55,533 bases of DNA from a virus (taxonomy: Duplodnaviria; Caudoviricetes): positions 1 to 55,533 of the IMG/VR virus record IMGVR_UViG_3300021425_000046. One strand, written 5' to 3'. This document shows positions 48,529 through 55,533 of this stretch, piece after piece. Below the pieces are notes generated by a model, which made no database searches, was not told the origin of the DNA, and was given only the letters and a program-made list of their open reading frames with translations. The stretch's first letter is position 1; each line of letters starts with the position of its first letter. The translations under genes were made by a program, and so were the position numbers.

Positions 48529-49365
48529 ATGGCGACCGAAGGGTATGTGAAATTTGAATACTTTAGTAAGGGTGTGCCTCCATTCTATAATACCAGCGGG
48601 TTCCCCGATCTTGTTGATGATGAGAAGATTACTGTTGAAACTCCATCTATTGATATGAGTTATCATCAGTATATCAGTTTGTTCAAAAAGTTTTTACTTG
48701 CAGTTGGATTCGATCAAAAGAATCTCATTCAGGCAGGTTGTTCTCTTGCATTCAGTGAAATGAATGACGAGAAACTAATGCGTGAAGTAGCAGAAGAGTA
48801 TGAACTGATTATGTCTGAGGATCTGCCAAAGATCCTTGAAGATAATAAGAAGCAAGATTATGAATGGATTGAGAAGCACAACGAATCGTGGGAGCAACGC
48901 TACTGGGCATTGCATAAACGATTCAGTAAACTTGCTCATCTGACTGATGCTGACCTTGAAGAAACTGCTGCCAAATATAGGGAGCGGAATGATGGTATGA
49001 TGCCATGGGGTCATAGTGATCTTGAGTATGGTCTTGCTAATCCAACGCTAACTGAAGATCGCAATAGTAATTTTCCTGGTGAAAATACTATTTGTGACTC
49101 AAATAATCCAAGTGACAAATGCAAACAACACTGGAATGATTTTTGGGAAGAAGACAATTCCAATAAGAATATGTGGGATCAAGGTGTAATGAAGATTACA
49201 ACCAATGATCCTATGAAAGCATGGAATGGTCTTGTGCCTGGTTCACCTGAAGCACGAGCAGCAGGATGTATTTGTCCTGTTCTTGATAATGAAGAGATGC
49301 CTGACGATAAAAAATGGATTGATGTAGCGTGTCCCATTCATGGTAAGAAAAACAAAAACAACTAA
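48529..49365 (+). CDS. Hypothetical multi-domain protein with C-terminal Cys/His motif
   Basis: PGSPEARAAGCICPVLDN...CPIHG putative metal-binding module; GGGAG RBS. Confidence 0.75.
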   Translation: MATEGYVKFEYFSKGVPPFYNTSGFPDLVDDEKITVETPSIDMSYHQYISLFKKFLLAVGFDQKNLIQAGCSLAFSEMNDEKLMREVAEEYELIMSEDLPKILEDNKKQDYEWIEKHNESWEQRYWALHKRFSKLAHLTDADLEETAAKYRERNDGMMPWGHSDLEYGLANPTLTEDRNSNFPGENTICDSNNPSDKCKQHWNDFWEEDNSNKNMWDQGVMKITTNDPMKAWNGLVPGSPEARAAGCICPVLDNEEMPDDKKWIDVACPIHGKKNKNN

Positions 49366-49618
49366 GGTAAATAAGTTTGAAGCATTCAAATTCCCCTATG
49401 AGAAATACCCTTATTGTTTACAACACTTTGAGGGGGATGATCTTAGGATATGCTGGTTTGAATGCGAAGAACATTTCCACAAATATGTTTCCAGATACAA
49501 ACTAAATGAAAATGAAATTAAATTCAAACATAAGGATGGTGTGGAGATGGTGGTGCAAAGCACTGGGGGAAAAAGCAAGCCAGTGCGATCGAGAGTCCGA
49601 CAAAGTAGCAGTGATTAG
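49340..49618 (+). CDS. Hypothetical protein
   Basis: FPYE.YPY...ICWFECEEH motif. Confidence 0.65.
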   Translation: MVRKTKTTKVNKFEAFKFPYEKYPYCLQHFEGDDLRICWFECEEHFHKYVSRYKLNENEIKFKHKDGVEMVVQSTGGKSKPVRSRVRQSSSD

Positions 49619-49853
49619 AACATTTATATTTGTCACATATTTAATCACTAATGGTTTCATTGTGGCAAATGCTATTCGTCACTGGAATGACAAAGAAATT
49701 AACGTTGAGGTATTAATCTATGAAAATCCAAACTATTCAGAAGAGTTACACACAAAAGGATGGCACAGTGTGGGAATGGAACGAAACGCCAGAATTGAGG
49801 GCGTTTATCACCCAGGAACAGTCAAAGCAAATCGTACAGGTGAGTTTGAATGA
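49536..49853 (+). CDS. Hypothetical membrane protein
   Basis: WRWWCKALGEKA...IRHWN with a hydrophobic helix; start uncertain. Confidence 0.65.
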   Translation: MVWRWWCKALGEKASQCDRESDKVAVIRTFIFVTYLITNGFIVANAIRHWNDKEINVEVLIYENPNYSEELHTKGWHSVGMERNARIEGVYHPGTVKANRTGEFE

Positions 49854-50086
49854 AAAACCAAAACGTGCATCCTGAAATCGCAGAGGTAGATTGGATTGAT
49901 GATACATTCCGTGTTGAACAATCTCGTTGGAAAACTTGGCGAAGTTATGCTAAAGATGGTAAAGAAATCATCACCTCATTACAGCGAGACGCTTGTATTG
50001 ATGCAACCAGATTTTACCTTAAAGGATGCCAAGAAGGCTGGACTACTGCCAAAACATATGAAGGGACAGTAGGTGGTAAATTGTAA
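49850..50086 (+). CDS. Hypothetical protein
   Basis: ATGA coupling; C-terminal YEGTVGGKL. Confidence 0.7.
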   Translation: MKNQNVHPEIAEVDWIDDTFRVEQSRWKTWRSYAKDGKEIITSLQRDACIDATRFYLKGCQEGWTTAKTYEGTVGGKL

Positions 50087-50274
50087 TGACAGATTATCAA
50101 TTTGATTATATAAGTAATGATGATCGCATAACAGAATTAGAAGCTCGCATAGATTATCTTGAACGAGAGAATGTTAGTTTAACTAATGAATTGTATGAAC
50201 TTCATAATCGAATAGATGCTATTGAAGTTCATCTTGATATGAACACAATTAAAAACTTTATTGAGAACAAGTAA
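50086..50274 (+). CDS. Hypothetical coiled-coil protein
   Basis: TAATG coupling; heptad pattern. Confidence 0.65.
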   Translation: MTDYQFDYISNDDRITELEARIDYLERENVSLTNELYELHNRIDAIEVHLDMNTIKNFIENK

Positions 50275-50495
50275 TGGCATTATCTGAATCAGTTGAAACC
50301 AGTTTGAAAGAAGCAGAAGCATCACTTCGTAATGCTCTTGCATATGCTGCACGTCAAGAACGTCCACTGGTATGTAAAACTATCTCCACTCTCATTGCTG
50401 ATATTGATCAACTGATGAAGTTTGACAATCTTATTGATAAACTGGAAGAAAAAATGGAAGGAGGCAAAGGACAATGGGGACCATTTAGTTCGTAA
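50274..50495 (+). CDS. Hypothetical cyanophage protein (MALSESVE...)
   Basis: TAATG coupling; helical. Confidence 0.7.
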   Translation: MALSESVETSLKEAEASLRNALAYAARQERPLVCKTISTLIADIDQLMKFDNLIDKLEEKMEGGKGQWGPFSS

Positions 50496-50585
50496 CTATT
50501 TGTTACAACATACTTAAGCAAACATTAAGAACTAACACTATCTAGTTAAATAGTGTTAGGATATCAACATATTCGGGATCACACG

Positions 50586-50747
50586 ATGACTCTTCCACAA
50601 AAAACAGAACAACTTTCTGAACAAGAATGGTCGGAAATGGATGCACTAAAGCGTGCAATTAATTATAGACCACATTCGGTAATTCCTGAAAAGATGGAAA
50701 TGTTTACAGAATATCTTGTTCGTAGTTTACGAGAGAAGGGTGGCTGA
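50586..50747 (+). CDS. Hypothetical protein
   Basis: ATG 50586 with GGGA RBS; preceded by dyad-embedded TTAAATA. Confidence 0.6.
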   Translation: MTLPQKTEQLSEQEWSEMDALKRAINYRPHSVIPEKMEMFTEYLVRSLREKGG

Positions 50748-50801
50748 CACTTGAATAACTGTCACACGAGGGGTTCACACCCCTCTTTTTTTGTGTATAT
50801 T
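50748..50801 (+). promoter_or_regulatory. Early promoter: dyad motif, terminator hairpin with -35 in loop, -10
   Basis: CACTT-N4-AACTGTCACA; GAGGGG-TTCACA-CCCCTC-T7; TATATT. Confidence 0.7.
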
Positions 50802-50822
50802 AAAGGAGTCGTCAGGAACACT

Positions 50823-50969
50823 ATGAAAGTCACCTACGTTTTCTTTGCAATTATTGCTATTCTCGTGTATAATGGGATGCTCGCCAAACGTGATGCTGAA
50901 TTGTTCAAGGCATATGATAAAGCATGTGCTAATCAAATTCACAACCCTAATTGCATTTACGCAAAATGA
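50823..50969 (+). CDS. Small hypothetical membrane/secreted protein
   Basis: AGGA RBS; N-terminal hydrophobic helix. Confidence 0.6.
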   Translation: MKVTYVFFAIIAILVYNGMLAKRDAELFKAYDKACANQIHNPNCIYAK

Positions 50970-51112
50970 AAACATTCAATGTAATACTTGAGCACTGGCA
51001 GACCAGAAAGCTTAAGTTTATCACAGTTGAAGAATGTAAAGACATGGATGATTGTATCACACATGTCAAGGAAACTGAACCAGATTTCGAGATCATTCAG
51101 ATCACACCGTGA

Positions 51113-51166
51113 CAGTTTTCGAAGTGGCACACTGCACTGGCAGGTGCCACCCATCCACCCTATAAT
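51113..51166 (+). promoter_or_regulatory. Early promoter: dyad motif plus -10
   Basis: CAGTT-N4-AAGTGGCACA then TATAAT at the same spacing as the other copies. Confidence 0.7.
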
Positions 51167-51190
51167 AAGCAAGTCAACCACACACGACCC

Positions 51191-51652
51191 ATGAGCACCA
51201 ACTCTCGCATCGGTTATGAACTTCCAGACCACACTGTTGTTTCTGTTTATTGCCATTGGGATGGTTACGTTAGCAATAACGGTTGTATCCTGGCTACTTA
51301 TTACACCAACCGTGATGCGGTGAAAGAACTGATCGACGGTGGTTCTATGTCTTCTCTTCGTACCACCCACCTTTGGGAAACCAAAGCAGTGCGTGATGAA
51401 GATGGTAAGATTGTAGAGAATGCAGATGGTAGCTGGGTGATGACTCCTGTTCGTGACCCTCAGCCACTGTATCACACCGAGCGTGGTGATGAACTGGAGG
51501 TTGATCACACCAGTTTCGATGAGTTTATCTCTGGTAACTGTGGTGAAGAGTATTGCTATCTGTATGACCTGAACGGCAACTGGAAAGCATACAAGATCGG
51601 TTGGTCCACACCAGTTGAGCAAGTTGAAATCCCTAACTACGTTACTGCCTGA
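51191..51652 (+). CDS. Conserved phage hypothetical protein (YCHWDGY motif)
   Basis: MSTNSRIG...SVYCHWDGY...EEYCYLY; GC-richer codon usage like the helicase. Confidence 0.8.
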   Translation: MSTNSRIGYELPDHTVVSVYCHWDGYVSNNGCILATYYTNRDAVKELIDGGSMSSLRTTHLWETKAVRDEDGKIVENADGSWVMTPVRDPQPLYHTERGDELEVDHTSFDEFISGNCGEEYCYLYDLNGNWKAYKIGWSTPVEQVEIPNYVTA

Positions 51653-51654
51653 TC

Positions 51655-51813
51655 ATGATTGCTGATACAGTACAAGACAAGCAGATCCGTCGCACTATCA
51701 TTAAAAGTGTAGAAGAGATGGATCTACAACTTCTCCAACGAATTGCATACGAGGTTCGTTGTGAAGAGATGGGCATCTATCCAGACAACTGGAAACTTTA
51801 TCCTGAGGACTGA
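51655..51813 (+). CDS. Hypothetical protein (52 aa, not in track)
   Basis: Fills the gap between neighbouring ORFs. Confidence 0.55.
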   Translation: MIADTVQDKQIRRTIIKSVEEMDLQLLQRIAYEVRCEEMGIYPDNWKLYPED

Positions 51814-51815
51814 TC

Positions 51816-52034
51816 ATGAACGAAAACGACATCACTGTTACACTCACAGAATCTCAGCATGAACTCATCAATGAGATTCTGTGTCATGCTGTGGATGCAA
51901 TGAATCTAGCAGCACCCTATGGCGATGGACTATGGGATCTGCCACTTGACAATCCTATCATTCAACGCTATGATATGCTTGAGAACATGAAAGACATGTT
52001 CTATACACTTTGGTCCGACCGTTTTGACAAATGA
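51816..52034 (+). CDS. Hypothetical protein
   Basis: GAGG RBS. Confidence 0.65.
   Translation: MNENDITVTLTESQHELINEILCHAVDAMNLAAPYGDGLWDLPLDNPIIQRYDMLENMKDMFYTLWSDRFDK
51946..51974 (+). promoter_or_regulatory. Internal sigma70-type promoter
   Basis: TTGACA-N17-TATGAT. Confidence 0.55.
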
Positions 52035-52195
52035 TTGAAATTCTACTTGCAGCAGCGGTGTCTACTACACCCATGGACCGCTCGGAACAGATTAATCGGT
52101 TCTGTGCTTATGTGGTGGGTATTCCATATGCCAGTGACAACTTTAATGATGAAGAGTGGGAGAGATTTAAATTCTGTAGGGAACAATTGAGATGA
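52031..52195 (+). CDS. Hypothetical protein (54 aa, not in track)
   Basis: ATGA coupling on both sides. Confidence 0.55.
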   Translation: MIEILLAAAVSTTPMDRSEQINRFCAYVVGIPYASDNFNDEEWERFKFCREQLR

Positions 52196-52380
52196 TAACT
52201 AAAGATGGATATGCTACGGTCCCCTGGGGGGACCGTTTTGTTTTGATATACAATGGGTATCAACTGAGCGATCATAAAACATATGAGGATGCTGTTGATG
52301 CACTAAAGAAACATCGTAAACAAACGAAACAACCAAAGACACGATCAACATCAAAAGCAAAATTGCAAATTGAAAAATAA
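52192..52380 (+). CDS. Hypothetical protein
   Basis: DGYATVPWG..F..IYNG.Q motif; coupled. Confidence 0.65.
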   Translation: MITKDGYATVPWGDRFVLIYNGYQLSDHKTYEDAVDALKKHRKQTKQPKTRSTSKAKLQIEK

Positions 52381-52383
52381 ATA
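52376..52383 (+). promoter_or_regulatory. T4-like late promoter
   Basis: AATAAATA upstream of ATG 52406. Confidence 0.65.
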
Positions 52384-52405
52384 GTGTTACTAGACACACA
52401 AGGAA

Positions 52406-54739
52406 ATGGCGGTATACAAAATTAAGGATATATTAGATCCCACTCTTGTATCCAGCGATTCTTCTATAGCAGATTTTATTAATGATTGTAAAAAGACGCA
52501 AGTTGTTAATATAACAGAGACAATCGGTAAAAATGGAAAACCAAAAAAGCCTAAAAAATCTGCATTGTATAAAAAATTAGAAGAGCACCGAGAAGAAATA
52601 TTATGCTATCAAATAAAATATAAAGGTGCATCATATATTACAATACCAAGGAAAACTTTAGAGCTTATTACAAATAATAACATTAAAACATTATTTAAAA
52701 ATGCATCTGTCAAATCATTACTGAAAAAACTATCTGGTAAAGATGATCAATTAAATTTTTTTGAACTCATTAATTCATCTGATAACAATACCACACAGGA
52801 AAAGCAAGATTTTACTTGTTATGCTGTGTGGTATTTTTTTAATAACTCTAATCACTCTTTATATGATTTTTATGAGCACTTAAAACAAGAATCTAACTTA
52901 CTTCAAAATAACAAGTCAAAGCTATTTATTTCATCTTCATCATCAGAACTAAAAGAGTTTTCTTTGTTGGAAAATTATAGTTATATTTTAGACTCTGTTA
53001 CGGTAGCTAAAACTCTTATTAAGAATAGCAGTAAACTAAACATGAAAGGATCTTTATCATCATATTGTATAGCTGAAGAAGATTCTACTGAGGGTATTAG
53101 ATACAAGTCTTTACCTTTTAAAAAAATTTCCTTAACAGAAAAATCTTATTACAATGCTCCTGATAAATTAACTACTGCAGATATGTTTATTTTCAATCCC
53201 CAGGCAAAAGGAATGAAAAAATTGAGTATTGTACTCAATCAATCAACGTTAACTCATTTGCAGTATCAAACATTTATGGATGAAGCATATAAAAGAGGTG
53301 ACATCATACCAATATCTTTGAAGCAATTAAAAGTACCAACAATTTCTGATAATTTAACTACTAATTTAATTAAAGTAATTGGTTCACTTGAAGCTGTAGA
53401 TAAGGATTTACAAGATCCTTTCTTTAGTACAGTATTACATTTGTTATCAATATCAAATAGAAATAAATTCGTCGAAGAAATGAATAATATTATTGAAATT
53501 GACAACAAATCATTTGATTATAAGTTGGCAAAAGTAGGCAGAACTAAGTTCAATTTTAATATTAAATTTGTTGATTACGATAACTCATCTAAATACGAAG
53601 CATTTCTACAGTCAGGACAAATATATATTAAGCCAGAAGGAACTGGTTCGGCATCTGGTATTGGTGGTATTGCCAGAGATTATGTTAATGACCAGATTGT
53701 TAGAAATTTACCAGAAAAAAATGTATTTTTTAGAAGTTTAAAAAAAATTCGTAAAGATGCTTTTGAAAAACCATTAATTATCAATGGAACTCAAGTTGAT
53801 TTAAAAATTAAAGATATTGGTATTGATTATACTAGTATATTACCTGGATTAAAATTCACTAACCCACAATTAACTATTAAAGATGAAGCCTTAGAATTTT
53901 TTGTAAGATATGCTATGTCTTTAATTGATGGGAAACCATTTTATCTTACTACAAAAGAAAAAAAATTTGTTTCAATCACAAAAAAAATGAAAATGCTTGA
54001 TCCAAATAAGTTGGTGGATGAAGCTGTGAAACTTGGTATATCTGATAAAAGAACAATTCAAAGCAGATTAAATATTAAAAATCAAAATCAATTAATTAAG
54101 TATCAAGAAAATTTGGTTAAACAAATAAAATCAAAAGCAAAACTAAAAAAACAAAAAGAATTGATAAATGCGGCAGTGCAACTAAAATTAGTTGATAAAA
54201 TAGATGCAGTTAAAATGGAAGTTGATGAATTAGCTGATCTTATTAGTAATTCTAAAGCATATAGAGGATTGACAAATTATCCTGCTCTAATGAAATCTGA
54301 TTTGTTAAGTCCAGGAGTATTATCAAAAGTATTTGCGTCTATACCAGAGGGAGTTAGAAAAGTTGTTGCGAAAAGATATATTCAAGGTATTACAAAGCAT
54401 ATGAAAGGAAAATCTAATGAGATCTTAAATGATTTTGAGCGTGAATTTGAATCAAAGAAAAACTTTTTAAAAGATATTAGCAAACCTTCTGATGACAAGA
54501 TAACATTTGATGATGATACAAAAGCATTTTTTGAAAAACTCGCATCATATGAAATGTTATATCTATGTTCATCAAATGAAGATGTAGTCAAAAAATGGAT
54601 TAAGAATTCTTTTATCATGTCTACATATGCTCTAGCTGCTGCATACGGTATTATTATATTTAATGGTAAAAGGTATAATTTAAGTAGTTTTGCTAAGATA
54701 GCAAGAAAGAATCCTATCTATGTAAAGATTGGTGAATGA
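52406..54739 (+). CDS. Large Lys-rich hypothetical protein with possible PD-(D/E)xK nuclease-like domain
   Basis: QE...TADMFIF...IIPISLKQ pattern; very AT-rich; AAGGA RBS. Confidence 0.6.
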   Translation: MAVYKIKDILDPTLVSSDSSIADFINDCKKTQVVNITETIGKNGKPKKPKKSALYKKLEEHREEILCYQIKYKGASYITIPRKTLELITNNNIKTLFKNASVKSLLKKLSGKDDQLNFFELINSSDNNTTQEKQDFTCYAVWYFFNNSNHSLYDFYEHLKQESNLLQNNKSKLFISSSSSELKEFSLLENYSYILDSVTVAKTLIKNSSKLNMKGSLSSYCIAEEDSTEGIRYKSLPFKKISLTEKSYYNAPDKLTTADMFIFNPQAKGMKKLSIVLNQSTLTHLQYQTFMDEAYKRGDIIPISLKQLKVPTISDNLTTNLIKVIGSLEAVDKDLQDPFFSTVLHLLSISNRNKFVEEMNNIIEIDNKSFDYKLAKVGRTKFNFNIKFVDYDNSSKYEAFLQSGQIYIKPEGTGSASGIGGIARDYVNDQIVRNLPEKNVFFRSLKKIRKDAFEKPLIINGTQVDLKIKDIGIDYTSILPGLKFTNPQLTIKDEALEFFVRYAMSLIDGKPFYLTTKEKKFVSITKKMKMLDPNKLVDEAVKLGISDKRTIQSRLNIKNQNQLIKYQENLVKQIKSKAKLKKQKELINAAVQLKLVDKIDAVKMEVDELADLISNSKAYRGLTNYPALMKSDLLSPGVLSKVFASIPEGVRKVVAKRYIQGITKHMKGKSNEILNDFEREFESKKNFLKDISKPSDDKITFDDDTKAFFEKLASYEMLYLCSSNEDVVKKWIKNSFIMSTYALAAAYGIIIFNGKRYNLSSFAKIARKNPIYVKIGE

Positions 54740-54751
54740 GGACTAAGGGGG

Positions 54752-54779
54752 TTGACACCACAGTTCAGTGTGCTATGAT
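54752..54779 (+). promoter_or_regulatory. sigma70-type early promoter
   Basis: GGGGG-TTGACA-N16-TATGAT with extended TG. Confidence 0.75.
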
Positions 54780-54807
54780 ATGGGGGTAGTCAAGGGAGGA
54801 ACCCCTT

Positions 54808-55008
54808 ATGACCCAGCCAATCTTCGTAAAGAAGAAACCATTTCCGCAAGGTTCCGCAATGCCGTACATCGTGCGGAACATTGTAAACTCAAATCGTGTC
54901 GAATTGATTGATCGACGTACCAATTTCCGCATTGGCATCTATCCTAATGAGGATCTTGCCAATGAAGCCCGTCGTTTCCAACTCATGCGTGAAGGTTATG
55001 AAGTTTGA
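54808..55008 (+). CDS. Hypothetical protein
   Basis: GGGAGG RBS. Confidence 0.7.
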   Translation: MTQPIFVKKKPFPQGSAMPYIVRNIVNSNRVELIDRRTNFRIGIYPNEDLANEARRFQLMREGYEV

Positions 55009-55141
55009 AGTTCAACTTTATGTTGCAGGCACTGTATTTTACGAGACAGTAATTGCTCGTAATTATGAAGAAGCAAAACAAACTGCTCTCGCCCGCAATC
55101 CTAAAGCTAAAGTCATCGCTGTTACTGCTAAGTTTAACTGA
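54998..55141 (+). CDS. Small cyanophage protein (MKFEVQLYVAG...)
   Basis: ATG 54998; ALARNP.AKV motif. Confidence 0.65.
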   Translation: MKFEVQLYVAGTVFYETVIARNYEEAKQTALARNPKAKVIAVTAKFN

Positions 55142-55299
55142 TGGATCTTACTGAACAAGAGCTTAACTACATCATGTCTGCTATGCAGCTGATGAGTAAT
55201 CGTCAAGAAGCTTTCTTGCAACAACAATGTAATTGTGATTCAAGAAAGCTTTATGCTAAACTATTCGATCTTATCGAGGCTTCTTCCAATGCAAACTGA
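55141..55299 (+). CDS. Hypothetical protein (52 aa)
   Basis: TGATG coupling. Confidence 0.5.
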   Translation: MDLTEQELNYIMSAMQLMSNRQEAFLQQQCNCDSRKLYAKLFDLIEASSNAN

Positions 55300-55408
55300 A
55301 CAACACAACGAAGAAATTCACATTGATGATTTGTTCATGATGGCATTAGAAGAAGAAGCAGCAAAGCTTGAAATTACTGTAGATTATTATATGGAAGAAT
55401 TCTTGTAA
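55289..55408 (+). CDS. Small acidic hypothetical protein (39 aa)
   Basis: GAGG RBS; AAKLEITVDYYMEEF motif. Confidence 0.55.
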   Translation: MQTEQHNEEIHIDDLFMMALEEEAAKLEITVDYYMEEFL

Positions 55409-55440
55409 TCTAAATACTAGTTGTCTATTACCATTTAAAC

Positions 55441-55533
55441 ATGGCAGCAAACATCGATCAAGCAAATGCTCTCATTGATGAACTTAAAGAAACTATCAAG
55501 CATTTGCAACAACAAAATATTAACCTCGAACAA
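55441..55533 (+). CDS. Hypothetical coiled-coil protein (3' truncated)
   Basis: ATG after CTAAATA (55410-55416); open to the window end. Confidence 0.5.
   Translation, partial: MAANIDQANALIDELKETIKHLQQQNINLEQ

Noticed and set aside
50988-51194. 68-aa ORF with TTG start
   Set aside because: No RBS, overlaps the promoter and operator of ORF 51191, and has atypical composition.

Overview
A 55.5-kb, almost entirely plus-strand segment of a T4-like cyanophage (myovirus) genome. The assignment rests on gp27/gp5-type baseplate genes, a cpeT-like bilin lyase, a 2OG-Fe(II) oxygenase, a tRNA cluster and NATAAATA late promoters. Layout: (1) 1-11.9 kb, baseplate hub/tail module: two paralogous tape-measure-like proteins carrying different peptidoglycan hydrolases (M23 and SleB-like), a gp27-like hub and a split gp5. 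(2) 11.9-15.1 kb, tRNA island: Ile-UAU, Met/Ile2-CAU, Leu-UAA, Thr-UGU, Leu-UAG, Asn-GUU, two unexplained structured RNAs, cpeT, an Endo VII-type endonuclease and a 2OG-Fe(II) oxygenase. (3) 15.1-39.4 kb, tail-fibre/virion module including a 3514-aa giant protein. (4) 39.5-55.5 kb, early region: an SF2 helicase, about 55 tightly coupled small ORFs and a late-promoter-driven PD-(D/E)xK-like protein. The most striking observation is that the giant virion protein appears to contain four phycobiliprotein-like (globin-fold) domains. These keep cysteines at positions equivalent to both bilin attachment sites (the KCxRDIGY Cys84-type site and a beta-Cys155-type site), and the gene lies about 2 kb downstream of the phage T-type bilin lyase. 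This suggests a lyase plus chromophorylated-virion system. All calls are by-eye motif recognition; no searches were run.
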